A DNA stretch of 56,434 bases, the filler included, from Sphacelaria rigidula (Eukaryota): assembly GCA_964200075.2 (NCBI GenBank). It is 7 parts of 7 records of this genome, joined end to end, with 100 filler letters (N's around TTAATTAATTAA, not from the genome) between each part and the next. Parts side by side here need not be neighbours in the genome. Positions count along the whole stretch, not along the records: positions 1 to 7,977 come from CAXNAA020012772.1; positions 8,078 to 16,054 come from CAXNAA020012773.1; 5 more parts are not named here. The stretch is one strand, 5' to 3'. This document shows positions 1 through 12,303 of this stretch, piece after piece. The notes beneath the pieces are model-generated. The model was not told the origin of the DNA. It was given only the letters and a program-made list of their open reading frames with translations, and made no database searches. The translations under genes were made by a program, and so were the position numbers. The number at the start of each line of letters is the position of its first letter. Within the stretch, counting starts at the first letter, position 1.

Positions 1-250
1 AGACTGCTGCCGAGAAGCCCCCCCCCAAAACCGCCCAAAAACGTGCACGGAGACGATGATCATAACTGCCGTTAAAGCTGGTTTCATGCTGCACGACGCG
101 ACTGATGTGGGCGTTATAGCTGATTTCGGACTGCTACACGCCTCTCATGTGGGCGAAATTGCTGCAAGCGAATCCAATAGTGGGATCGCAGCCGGTTTTT
201 CAGGTTGTCTCCGATGCACTTTTTGTGGGGGGGCTATCTCGGCACTAGTC
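1..250. mobile_element. MITE family C-related copy (diverged, inverted)
   Basis: Ends GCCGAGAAGCCCCCCC / GGGGGGGCTATCTCGGC form an inverted repeat. Confidence 0.6.
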
Positions 251-3200
251 CTCAGGAAATACTTGTGTACCCCTACCGTAGCATCACTCGCACCCGCGTT
301 AAATACTCACCGTATATCGTAGGGGGGGGGGACAGGAGGCACGCGAGTGAACAGGAGTTACAATATATGTCGTTTTTGTCGCATGACAAGCCAAGCAGGA
401 CCTTGTACTTGTCAATTGTACATCACACCGGGGCTTCGTTCGAACGCTTGAGAGTTGAATTCAATCTGAAGGAAAATCTGCTCCCATGACCAACGAAACA
501 TCGATGCTCCTCCTGCTCTTGCAAAACAGAATACCAGGGCACGTTCAACATTCTCCAGAGAGCCTCTATCTCCCCCATCTCTTTCCTGAATTGCAGCGGC
601 ATCGACGTGAAAGCACACAAGTCCCACACACAAGAAACACGAAATCCACGAGTAGAGAGAGGGAGTGGACAAGGACCAAATAATCTTCACACCGGATCCA
701 TTCCGGCTATAGTGTACACAACAGAACCATCGGAACGTCCGCGCTTTATTTCTTATTTATTTTTTTCTTCATGACTGTTCGTCCACCCAATTCGAAAAGC
801 GACACTCAGTCGGTTGCACTTCTCAACTTGAAAATAACGAGTCACAGGGAACACGCCGTAATTAAGGATCCCTGGCTCCCCAAAAGGAGGGAAAAGATAA
901 ACGGCTCAAAATTTGCACGTTAGTGCGATCGTATAGTCCGGTGTTTTAACCCGGACACCACGTATACACAGTTAACCCATTGACCGGGAAGCATTTAGAC
1001 ATCTCGACTCCAGGAACAGTGATGCATCGGCCATACTTGAACACAAATCGACATCTTCAGTGTCTAAGGGAGTGGGGGCTGGGGTGGGGGGGTGGGGGGG
1101 GCGAGGGGTTACTACTGTTGAATCAAGCTCACCGCCTACTGTATTGCACATCGCACCCACGTATCATACGTGGCGTACATACGAATACGGTGCAACTCAT
1201 ATCTTATACGGTGCAACTCACGACGTCTACGGTGTAACTCACAACTTGCCGACAAGACGAAAAATATAGTGTGACTCTCTTATGCCGACTGCACGCGTGC
1301 AGGCCGTACAGAATGATATACCCGACGCACACGAATCATCAGTGCATACGACCTTTACCGACATAATTGCACTCCACTTCGAGTGCGCTCTAACAGTACC
1401 AGGCGTATTGTTCGGCGGATGGACTGCCTGTCGTACGCGTAAGGTACAGTGTAATCTTTGTTTTCAAGCTAACCCCCTAAAAATCTAGTGAAAAAGGCAC
1501 GCGTTGAGGGGTAATTCAACTCACCTCACCTTGACAACAAAAAAACGCGCAAAACATTAATAAAAACAACACGCCGTGCACCCCTCACTACACCCACCCG
1601 ATACATACACTCTGTTTAACATTCTTCTACAACATAAACATCTCCTGTATTATTACAGTCATCATCTCACCACTAACTGCCCCCTCCTCCCCAAGACGCG
1701 CTTAACCATGGGGAAAAAGTGCGCACTTCATTCTACGAAATCAACGGATATTGTGCAAGGAACGTTCCCGAAGTTCCTGCGATTGCGTGATTCTGATCCC
1801 TCTAGACAACATCCACGAGATGTCATGCCCCACAACCAACGGCCAGGTAGCTGTCCGGTCCTCATGAGGAGCTCCCTTTCACCGCAACTACTTATTTGTA
1901 CGTGCTCCGCACAACATAACGAATCTAGATTCTGACGTGAAGCAAAGACGCAGCTCTCACGGTCAACAGTAATCCGTGGGAGGATCATGTCCTGCATGAC
2001 ACTCGCAGCCACCGAAGTGGGGGCATCCTGATACCTCCTCAGGTGTTGATCGAACTCGTGTGTGATTACTCCGCGGACAAGTCGGTATACTCGTTTAACA
2101 ATTAAATCCCCGGACGAGGGGGTGGAATTGATAACCGCATGCGCGGCATCCGTAAAAGATGGAGGAAACAAAATTTCCCCCGGAGGTGCTTCTAGTCCTT
2201 CGCTCATGGCGCCCAAACCTGAGAGAACATAGCGTAGTCTCTTTCGTATGCCTCATGCATCTCCTGAATCATGACTTCCGAGTACTTCTGCGCGGGGCAA
2301 AAAACACAGGAAGCGTGGACCAACCCGCGCGCACGGAATTTGGAGCAGATGAACGAGCATGAGAAGTCAGCATGTCAGGCTCGGTTGCACTTCTTTTCTT
2401 TTACGGGAAGAACAACGGGGATAATCTCCAAGCACTAAAAGTCATCCTGAGTTATTATTGGCTTTGTAGTGTGCTGTATCTGGCGCGCCATGTTGCGTGT
2501 TGCCTGGTGCGGGTTCTTCATGAGCCGCCTCAGTGCATGCGCAGACCACGCTTAGGATGATGAACTTGATTGATCATTTGTCGCACTTTAACTGATTCCC
2601 CAGGATTCATGATCCAGCCGTGGTCATTATCCAGATGATGGACGTTCCCGGGACAAGAACAAAGCTGAAACTCTCGCTGAAGAAAGGTGAGGAAGAAAAA
2701 GAACAGAAAAGGTCGAACAGACCAACAGAGTGGGTAAATGAAGAAAATAAAATACAAAAAAAAGGACACGGAAAAAAAAGGAAAGGTAGAAAGGGCCTCT
2801 GTCACATTGGCGTCGGTGGAAAAGATCTTGCGCAGAAACCACTCTCATACCCAAGCGTAAACAAACAAAAGACCGCTTGAAAAGAAGTCGCGGCTTGGAT
2901 ATCTCCCCAAAAGCCCCGCTGAGAGTCGCTGACACCTCGAAAATTACTTGCCTTTGGTGGATGCGTCACGACAAACGAAGTCAAATTGAAGCTCCAAACT
3001 GCCCACGCACTTGATTATGCTTGACCACAGCTAGGTGTAGCTTCTTAGCTTTGATCAATTCTCCTCTAGGCTAGACATTCGCTCGATCCCAGATTACCCA
3101 GTGTTGCACACGGGCTGAACCAAGTGTATAACTTTTTTGCTGTATAACGTGAAATTACCCACTACAAAAATCAGTGTTTTTTTTGCTCTGCTTCTTAGAA

Positions 3201-3412
3201 CTGGTATTCAACCATGGATCCACACCCATCGCTCACGCTGACTGTTCTCAGACGCTAGCTTACATTTACCTGAATATTGTCTCTCAGAGATTAACTGAAC
3301 CGTTTACTCCTTTTTTTCGTTTCCTCATCATGATTTGTATTTTCAACTGCCTTTCAAAAGCGCCATTTCAGAGTCTGAGAAAAAACTGCCGGAGAATGCT
3401 TACCAAACGAAC

Positions 3413-3448
3413 CGCTGAAAAGCATTGGTATATTTTATCGACAAGACT
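3413..3448 (-). CDS. Probable C-terminal sulfotransferase exon
   Basis: tacag acceptor, phase 0, encodes SLVDKIYQCFSA, resembling the C-terminal helix of the family. The donor could instead follow 3404. Final exon not found. Confidence 0.5.
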
Positions 3449-3534
3449 CTGTAGTACGTGCTTTGTGCCTAATCTACAACACCGCATCCCAGACGCCGTG
3501 AAAGACAGCCCGCACGCCCGAAGCTACTCTTTAA

Positions 3535-4012
3535 GTCAGGGGAGGGTGTCCTGATGATCATGCATGCCATATTCATATGCTTCATGGGTGTCCCACCATA
3601 GTCAGGGGGGGCGTACTCATTTGTTGCTTGCCTTAGTCCCACCATAGTCAGGGGAGGGGGGGGGGGGGGTGCACTCATGCCCCCCTATCCCCGAGCCATA
3701 GGATGATGGACCCCGCATCCCACCAAAGCCGAGACGGAGCACGNNNNNNNNNNCTAGCCCGGGTCCTGTGTGTTGCTTTGGTGTCGACCCGTACAGCCTG
3801 CTGGGGGGGGGGGGGGGGGGGGGGGGTGCACTCATGACCTCCTATGCCGTAGCCATATGACTATTGACCTCGCATCCCTACAAAGCCGAGACGGAGCACG
3901 CCGGATTTTCGCCGGACCAGGCTCGCAATCAATCACCAAGCGCGAAGCGCCGTGATGTGCTAGGCGAGTCGCATGAAGGGCGGGCTAGCTGCACCCTACC
4001 AAGATTGTTCGG
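3535..4012 (+). repeat. High-copy interspersed repeat with poly-G head, several stacked heads
   Basis: (G)n-TGTACTCAT...TTGACCTCGCATCCCTACAAAGCCG...GCCGGACCAGGCTCGCAATCAA; also at 7907-7977, 24066-24130, 26720-26780, 32172-32206, 37861-38046 and 40383-40450 (reverse). Confidence 0.88.
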
Positions 4013-4066
4013 CGTTGGGGTGGGCGGGGGGTGGAAGCAAAACATTTTTAAAAGCTGCCGACCAAC

Positions 4067-4289
4067 CTGGTTCACAACGTAGTGCGCCGAAGTCTTCTTT
4101 CCGTCCCTCTCGTGATTGCTACCCATCCTATGATCAATAAACGTCGCTATCTGCTGTCCCCTCGTCGTGCTAGACGCCGCCGGCACGATGGCGGCCTTCG
4201 CTGCCGCGGTCATGTTACCCCATCCCACCATAGTGTACACGGGAGCCGTTCGGTCTAGAGTGCAGTGACACCATTGCGGAGCCCAATGT
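4067..4289 (-). CDS. Sulfotransferase exon (HWxPQ motif)
   Basis: Encodes HWAPQWCHCTLDRTAPVYTMVGWGN...KKTSAHYVVNQ; AG acceptor at 4290-4291, GT donor at 4065-4066, phase consistent. Confidence 0.85.
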
Positions 4290-4509
4290 CTTTTTCATTG
4301 GAGAATTAGAGAGAGTGGGTTGAGGAAGGTAGAGGGGAGGGGGGGCGAAGGAAACACAAACAGAACGAGGGGGGTATACAGGGAGTCAGACAGGCAAGCG
4401 GGTAGGCGAGTGGGTAGGCGAGCGGGCGGGCAAGCAGGCAGGCAGATAGGCAGAGAGGCAGATAGGCATCGGGAGTCACAGAGGCAAAAGCAGACATATA
4501 TAACGGGCA

Positions 4510-4582
4510 TTTGATTGATTGAGTAATTGATTGATTGTCGCACTTTAACTGACCCCCCAGGAATGCAGCCGTGGTTACATGA
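4510..4582 (-). repeat. Probable non-LTR retroelement 3' end with (CAAT)n tail
   Basis: gtcgcactttaactga...ccagga...cagccgtgg next to (ttga)n; related copies at 2565-2625 and 13862-13921 (opposite strand). Confidence 0.6.
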
Positions 4583-5222
4583 ATGCAAAAACAAAACGGT
4601 AGACAGGGAGGGGGAAAGGAACAACAAAATGTACGACATCCTAGAATGATGACGCTTGGAACCAATGATATGTGCGCAGTGGAAGCATTTGGGGAGAGTC
4701 TTTTGTGGACACCACCCTGCGGGGTATATCGGGGAAGGGGTGGACTCAAGACGCAAGCGTGCGGTGAACGTTTGAACGGAGAATGCGCTCACACACCAAG
4801 GTCTGCGTTTTGCCGACGGATGATGTAGTTGCAGCGCACTCTTCCACTCTCGGGCCTCCACAAAAAACAGGAGGTGTGCTGAAAAAAATAAAAATAAAGT
4901 GAGAACTAAATCCTTGAAACGAAAGGACGCTTTGATTACACTCGTGCGATTGTTGCCAACATACGCCGCAACAGATAAAAAAAAGGGAAAAAAAGGAACG
5001 TCTGGGAAGGGGACATATTATGGGGAACATTTATCGGGAGTGATGGGGGCTGAAAAAATTACGTACAAAAAGCGAACAGTCACACAGACAAAGGCACACA
5101 ACGAAAAACGAGGGAAAGCAAAAGCTGAAGAAGCGGAAAACACAGAGAGGAACAAGACAAGCGCTAACGATATAACTAATTGAAAAACACACGACACGGC
5201 GTGAAAGTGCTTCATGACTCAC

Positions 5223-5351
5223 GGATTCTGTCGGCAGGGCGACTCCTTGACTCGCCGCGTGATAGCTAGGACGTACTGGCGGAACATTTCGTCTCGTCCC
5301 CGTGCCTCAAATTCTGCCATCACCACATCCAAAGCGTCGTCATTCGGGGAC
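5223..5351 (-). CDS. Sulfotransferase exon
   Basis: tccag/GTGAGT boundaries; encodes SPNDDALDVVMAEFEARGRDEMFRQYVLAITRRVKESPCRQNP, which splices to HWAPQ to give the conserved NxHWxPQ motif. Confidence 0.85.
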
Positions 5352-5460
5352 CTGGACACGTTAAATGCAGCGAAAAAAAAAGGGAGTACGTATACCATAT
5401 GCGTGCAACAAACACAGTCGCAGGGGGGGGGGGGAGGGGGCAGCAATGAACCGTACGCTG

Positions 5461-5612
5461 GGCAGAAATAGCACAGAAGGCAATTTCTCGAGTATGTTTC
5501 TCATGACTCCCGATATAGCAGGCAGGATAGCACAGAAGGAAATTTCTCGAGTATATTTCTCATGACTTCCGATACAGCAGGCAGGATAGCACAGAAGGAA
5601 ATTTCTCGAGCA
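5461..5612. repeat. Tandem repeat, about 59-60 bp x 2.5
   Basis: gcaggatagcacagaaggaaatttctcgag... repeated, followed by (AT)n. Confidence 0.9.
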
Positions 5613-6584
5613 TATATATATATATATATATGTGTGTATTTTTCATAAAATACCTTACGAAGGTGGTGGGAATAAATTTCACCTCGCGTCAGCGTAAAGG
5701 AGCAACAACTCGTCACCAGCACGATGGGCAAAATAGTTAAGCGGGGCTTGGGGATTCCTTCGTACTGATTTTTCTGTTTGAAGTTTCCATTTTTGGCACC
5801 CCGTATTTTTTGCTCTGGTCAACAGGAATCATGTTTTTTTTCCTTCTCAAAGTGTCGGTCTAAAACACGCACTGAATACCCAAGTTTCCACCAAAAAAGC
5901 AATCGGGAAAAAAAAAAAAATTACCTCGTTCCGCACAAGAAAAAAAAAACGGCATTCCAGTTTTCGTTACTGGTCAGATATTGGAAAAGCCGCGCGGAGA
6001 AAATAAAAAACAGGGGAGAGGATGAAAACTAACTATTCCCTGTTTTAACCCATTCCTTCAATCGTACTACCGATGAGAACATGAAAAAAAAGAAATGGTG
6101 CGAAAACACCCCGTGTAACACCTTGAACGACAAACCACGCTTATATTCGGAAAACCCTCATCCAGCTTATATTACGGAACGGAGGGAGTAATAATGAGGA
6201 TAAAATACGTGTACTGCGTACAGTATCGAATCTATCGTGTGTTGTTATCGTCCAGAGTGTGCACGTAACCCAGTCACCACTTCTCCACTGGAGCCAACCG
6301 ACGCACAGCAGCAAAGCAGCGACCGCGTCCTGGCCAAGTCGCCCAAGCATGAATATTACATGAGCAGAATCACCGAAACCCCGTAAACACTGCATGCCGT
6401 CGTTTTGCTGAGCGCGAACTATTTCCTATTTTCTCGGCTTCGATTAGTCATCCCACACAACCCATACACACGTCGGTTTCCGTCACATCAATAAACCACG
6501 TGTTATCGCGCAGTTTTTCGGAAGCAAAAATGATTACCGTACCCGCGGTCAACTACCCCCAACGTCAAACATTTTTTTTCTCAC

Positions 6585-6653
6585 CTTGGGGATCCTCCCG
6601 GGAATGATACGCCCTTGAACACGTCGGGCCAAAGCTGCAAATACGGGCAGTTT
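6585..6653 (-). CDS. Sulfotransferase exon
   Basis: cccag/GTGAGA boundaries; encodes NCPYLQLWPDVFKGVSFPGGSPR. Phase 2 at both ends joins the neighbouring exons in frame. Confidence 0.8.
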
Positions 6654-7269
6654 CTGGGCCGATGTTTCGTCCATTCAAGAGATTGGACAAGCAAGTAGGT
6701 CGGTGGGCGGAGGTCGGAGGTCGAGCGGGGGGATAGGTCATGTCCAAGCGTTAGTTCGTTCCATTCAAACTATTCTCAAAGCTATTGGACACATCAAGCA
6801 AAAAAGGGGGGGGTGAAGACAAGACAAATGGGGGTTGTGCGGGGTCAGGTGCAGCGCAGAGGCGGGAACTTGAGAGCTTGTTCACACGAGGCGGAAAAGG
6901 CGTGCGTACTCAGGCGAACTGTTCCAGATATTGTCCCGCTGTCGAAACGATCTGATACTGACCCTGTTCTTGTTTTATACAGGAATATATACTCGGAGGA
7001 TTTATATTTGATACCAACTCTGTTCTTGTTTTATACAGAAAAATATACTCAGAGTATATATATATATATATATATTTCCCCCGTACACGACCAGCACATC
7101 CGTCTTCTTCGCTTGACTGCAGGATTGTGTTGTTAAAACAAGGTAAGCCACAACCGTACGTTCGCATTTGGCATACAGGGACTCATTGGAAAATGACTAC
7201 CACTATTGCTACAATAGTTTCGCGGTCAAAGATCTAGGGGCGCCGCCTGGGTTGCTCTCTTTCTCTCAC

Positions 7270-7371
7270 CCGTATTCGTTTTTCATGTTCCACTTGACGC
7301 ATTTCTGCATGAAGCACGAAAGGAGCCTCTCCAATGGATCACGGACTACGGCGATCTTCAACCACTCGGGG
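7270..7371 (-). CDS. Carbohydrate sulfotransferase (Sulfotransfer_2 family) exon with the 3'-phosphate-binding motif
   Basis: AG/GT-bounded exon encoding PEWLKIAVVRDPLERLLSCFMQKCVKWNMKNEYG. RDPxxRxxS is the PAPS 3'-PB motif. Phase fits the next exon. 5' exons not located. Confidence 0.88.
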
Positions 7372-7977
7372 CTTTTGACAAACAACAAGAGCCATGAAGT
7401 GTAGGTGTTTAGCATGAAGCAGCACAGGAACGCGAAGACGCCACACCGGAGACGAAGGAAGAGAGACAGATACATGGACAAACCGAAAGCAAGGCGGCGG
7501 CCAAGACGGGTGGGTGGACAGAGGCACAGAAGTGGACGAATACGAACGACAGAGACAGAAAAAACGGTCAGAGCAGGCTGGGAAAAGTAGGGTACGGATG
7601 CCGGAAACACAAGGCAACACGCAACTGATGTCACATAGGAACCACAATTCGTCACACGTCGAACGCTCGACCCTTGATCGCGGGACCCGCAGTAACTGTT
7701 TCAACAGTGAGAGATTCTTTGAATTAGTCGTCATGAGTCAAGTCAGACTCGTCTTCATTTTTTTTTTTTCTTTTGTCAGGGGGAGACCCTGCACATCCGA
7801 AAAAAACTCGTGCATGGACGAACTCGACAGATCTTTCCAACGGCATAACCTCGAGTGCCACTAGCACCGTCCCTTTCGACAAAATCGAGGTTCACACTTA
7901 GTCGCCGGAGGGGGTGTACTCATGATCATACATGCCATAGTCATCAGACCATTGACCTCGCATCCCTACAAAGCCGG

Positions 7978-8077
7978 NNNNNNNNNNNNNNNNNNNNNNN
8001 NNNNNNNNNNNNNNNNNNNNNTTAATTAATTAANNNNNNNNNNNNNNNNNNNNNNNNNNNNNNNNNNNNNNNNNNNN
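7978..8077. other. Artificial contig spacer (44 N + TTAATTAATTAA + 44 N)
   Basis: Seen directly. Identical 100-bp spacers also at 16055-16154, 24131-24230, 32207-32306, 40283-40382 and 48359-48458. TTAATTAATTAA puts stops in all six frames. Confidence 0.98.
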
Positions 8078-8106
8078 GGTTGGTCGCCAGGCAGGTCGTC
8101 CAGAGT
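8078..8106 (-). CDS. Partial exon running off the contig end
   Basis: caag acceptor then TLDDLPGDQ, in phase with the 8813-8938 exon (joined: VDDWETLDDLP). Confidence 0.35.
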
Positions 8107-8812
8107 CTTGAGTATATTCACGGGAGCACAGGGGGGGGGGGGGGGGGGGGGATAAAATATATTAGAAATGCCACTCAACGATATTTTGCTCAACTGTCTT
8201 GCTCCAACGTGCACAGCAGGCACCGACTTGAAAACGATTTTGCGCACCATGAGCGCTCCAATAGTCCAGGCCCAAAAAAAAAAAAAAAGGGATGAGAACT
8301 GATGATGAAAGGTCGATAATACCACGAGAAGCCACTAGACAAGAGTTTTGGTACGGGGCCGTGAATAATTTCGCGTGGAAAGAGGTGTGCGGTCACGGAA
8401 GTCACCGACAACATTTTGCAAGGGAAACGGACGGGGTTCAACCAGATACCTGCCAGGAATCGTGAGCGTCATCTGTCAGGATTTGATGTTATACGGACGA
8501 AACATGCGCATCGCTTGAGACACAAAATGACAGCGAATATGTTGGCGATCGCGTGGGACTTTCATCACTAGTTCATATCTTTTCCCTAATTTTTCGCGTG
8601 AATCGTGTCGAGATTTCAGGAATAAAATTGCGTGAAGCTGACTGAAAATAAGCCGGGTGAAACGCTTCATCCGGTCTCCTCGCTGCAGCAGAAGGGACAA
8701 GCTACGAGAGTGATGCAAAGAAGCAGGGTCCACATCACCATCTCGTGCCAGAGTGGTTGTATGAAGTCGAGGTTACGGCTTCTGCGAATGAGAGCCTATT
8801 TCATCCTCTCAC

Positions 8813-8938
8813 CTCCCAGTCGTCCACCTCTTCAACCTCGAACGAGGGCGCCGGCTCTGTGCTCAGCCCCTTGGCCGCCCGCTCCTGCTGAAGCTCCAGC
8901 TCACTCTCCGCCAGAGCAGCAGAGTCTACGTACGCCTC
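8813..8938 (-). CDS. Exon of an unidentified spliced gene (acidic)
   Basis: ctgacccaacag acceptor, GTGAGA donor, phase 0/0; encodes EAYVDSAALAESELELQQERAAKGLSTEPAPSFEVEEVDDWE. Could instead read on to a stop at 8801. Confidence 0.6.
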
Positions 8939-11610
8939 CTGTTGGGTCAGTCAGCGTTACCAAAAATAGAGTGGCTGTACATTGTAAACATCCCGGTTGA
9001 ATGGCGCCGCAAAGTGCTAGTGACGGTAGCGCATATTGCCCATTTCGGAACTGTGATTCAACACCTGAAAATCATGTGTGTCTCGAGATAACTTACCCAC
9101 ACCAGCAACACCGACCCACGGGTACTATCGTCGCAAATGCGCGTGGCGATAATAAATGAGTACATATATAACCTGCGTTCGGTGAACACAACACGCTCGC
9201 TTCGAGTGGCGCACCTATCCACTGCCTACTCGATTACTGTTGAGAGTAGAAATCATGAAATCATGAAATCATGGATACCGGCAGACACGGCCGACGTAGA
9301 TGCTTCCAGGTTCGTTTTGGCGCTACAATGGGCGATGCTGCAAGGATAAAAATGGGGTTTCCGATTGCTCAAGGACACGAAGGGCGGAGGGGGGGGGGGG
9401 GCAGGTGCAATCTCCGGTTTGTTCGCAAAAAACGGCGATAAATCCCGTGTTCCGGGTTGAAGGGGCGAGTTGTCATCACACTAAACGAAAGGTGCAACTA
9501 ACGCTGCACGGCTACTAGTAGAGCGCGATAACTTCGAAGATCTGAAGGAGCTTGACAAAGTCACAAGCCTATATCTAATTTCCTCTCAAGCCCCTAGAGC
9601 GAAGACAGCTCTCAAAGATGGGGACATCCCGCGAGCAGTTCGTGCGTATGTCTCCTTTCGGTGCTGAGGCCGATGTTATGGCAACAGATTTTTGGCCGCG
9701 GATCTTCAGATTTTGAAATAATTCGCGTCACACCCATCTTATGTTGTTATTGTTGTTGTTGTTGTCTTCACATTAAAAGCCGTTCCAATATCTGCGCGGT
9801 ACATTCGTACTGGGCATCTGATGCGGACGCCTTCCGTGGTCACAGGCTAGCAAAAAAACAAAAACCCAAAATAAAATAGACCCAGATTAAAGGTCACAAA
9901 ACGCGATACAAGCAAGACAGGAATACATAATGAAGAAGGGAGTACATATGGCTAACCTCAGAAGATCCGGTGCCGCAGGTGGCCATTCGGACTTCAGGGG
10001 GGTGGCACTCGGTTTTCCAACTCGACGCGCGACAAGTAGAAATGAACACAGGGTCCGACTATGGGCGTGACTCAAGGCCCCAAATACCGCCAACCAAAGA
10101 ATTAGAGAACTAAGAATCGCAATATTCTATCTTGCTGCCTCTTGAGAAACTGTCATACGTATAGGCATACCAGGTGTATCAAGACAAGAACTGCTTGACA
10201 TAACGACACCCCTCGTCATCATGGGTACAGATTATTCAAAGTTTGGGGTGAAATAATCCGCGGCCAAGATTCGGGGTCCGAGTCCCACAGATTTTTGGGC
10301 AAACTGGCGGGGGTCGGCAAGCACAGATTTTTGCACACGGATTGCGTTTTGGCCGACAGATCGTCATAATGGGGTCACGCCGCATTTTTCTTGCATGTGC
10401 CGGCGTGCTGGCTGCGCCTTTGTGAGTGATCCTGTCGACTACAACCAGCAACACACGAAGCAACGACACGCCGCACCCGACGCGCCATGGAGCCCGCTTC
10501 GCGCGTACGAGACAAAAAACGACACGCCTTGCTCGTTGGTCTCCTGGCAAAAGCATTGCAGAGACGTCGAGAGAGGAGACATGTGATATACACTGTCGCT
10601 GTCTGGCGGGTGGTTCTGCGATCCTCCAATGGAGGATTTAATTTAAGCGGCAACGAGGGGGGCATGGTTGCTTACTCATGTGTTCGAAAGAACCAGCACT
10701 GGTGTTGGTGGGGTGGTGATGACCTCTCGGCGGCAGTCATGCTACATCACTACAGCAGCACACCACAAAACCACAACACACGAGACACCTACGGGTCTGT
10801 GAGCTGTTGAAACACGCTAAACTTAAAACTCGAGACCCTGGTGGAGGTACACAATTCAGAACAGTATGGTATGAAAATCTGTGTGCTGCGATGAGATCGT
10901 TACCGAAACTAAATTTGCCGCGGATTTGTTTCACCAGAATTCAAAAATCTGTGGGCCAAAAATATGTTGTCATAACATCCAGCCTGAGAAGCGAATGTGC
11001 TACCCTGGGTAACGAAGTTGAACACCAGCCCCATGATACCATACTCCAATCTCAATTTCCTCGACAAGTGAAACCTTGCAGACCTCGCAATCTCTACGTA
11101 TTCGTTTGAATTTTGAGCCCTTTCGGCGATAAGATTTTGGAGCTCATGATCACCGGAGTTTTCAAAACAGTCGAGTTTAAAATATTATTCATGCGGGAAG
11201 AGGGGGAGAGGGGGGATGCCATCTCTCGTTTTTTATGGGGTTTTGAAAAAGTGTGCGCCTTATGGCACCAACAGCAGTCACCAAGCGAATAATTTGAAAA
11301 TTTTGGGATGATGCCGCGAGATTCTCTAGCGAGCCCAGCTTCGCGAGTCGCTAGTTTTTGAGTGATGATTGACTTGTACCACAGCAGCACCGAACTGTTG
11401 GATACGACGCACAATAATCATCCTGGAAAAATAACGAAAACCCAATCCGATTTTTTGCGTACGAGAAGAATCCGCACCGTCATTAGATTCCGTCTTGTGA
11501 AATATATCCGCCATATGTTTCCTTCGACACGACTGACTTTCGGCATTTTGGTCGCCGTGGTTTTCGACAAGATCGAAATGCAGGCTTACATCACCTTGGG
11601 TGATATCGTA

Positions 11611-12137
11611 CTGGGCGCCTGAACTATTTTTTGTTCACAAGGTTTTTTTCTCGCGACTACTCTTCCATACAACTCGACAGTACCTGCGTCAGTAGATTTT
11701 GGTAAAATGAACACATCGTCTTCCCCCTCACCCCTCCAGTGCTCAAGTTAGTGTTACTTGGTGTTACCGGGCGATACGATTGAATACCTCGTTCATCAGG
11801 AGGGTGTTTTTGACCGTAAACACAGGTATTCGGCTCTTGTGCAATGAGTAGGTAGTTTTTTTTAATCCTATACAAATCTTCACAAATACGATCGGGATAG
11901 GCTCGATCGACCGAAAATACCGAAGAGTCAGAATCTGGGATGAAACGTGGCAGGACCCCCGATGACCGCTCAGCCCGTATTTCACTCAATATTGAGTACA
12001 GATGACTTCTTTTCTTGGAATGTGGAGCGGATACAAGTATCTTCAGATCCTCAGTGTGATGGGCGGTGGTGAGCGAAAGAATCTAAAAAATCGCGAGTTA
12101 CGAAGAAATTATCAATAATAACAGTTCAGGCGCCCAG
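11611..12137. mobile_element. MITE, Tc1/mariner-like (TA-flanked)
   Basis: Perfect terminal inverted repeat CTGGGCGCCTGAACT...AGTTCAGGCGCCCAG, flanked on both sides by TA; 527 bp, no convincing ORF. Confidence 0.8.
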
Positions 12138-12191
12138 TACTAAACGCTCTGGAACCTGCGGTCATTTTCTATTCATTCAGCTTTTGCCCAC

Positions 12192-12303
12192 CTTCTGAGG
12201 ATTTTGCAGCTGACCCTTGGCCGGTTTGGGCTTGGAAGAACCACCCCAACCCGAGGTGTGCACCGCCTTCAGGACTTGCCAGGCGCGACGGGCGTCACGG
12301 TCC
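12192..12303 (-). CDS. Exon of an unidentified spliced gene
   Basis: AG/GT bounded, coding-like composition, encodes DRDARRAWQVLKAVHTSGWGGSSKPKPAKGQLQNPQK. No family recognised. Confidence 0.55.

Noticed and set aside
423..585. Terminal exon of the sulfotransferase
   Set aside because: Plausible acceptor, but two frames are open and neither shows family motifs, so it cannot be assigned.
8022..8033. TTAATTAATTAA as a biological motif recurring every 8 kb
   Set aside because: Always centred in N runs; an assembly linker.
8078..8106. TLDDLPGDQ as the exon preceding the sulfotransferase PEWLK exon
   Set aside because: It lies across an artificial spacer in a different contig and fits the contig 2 gene in phase.
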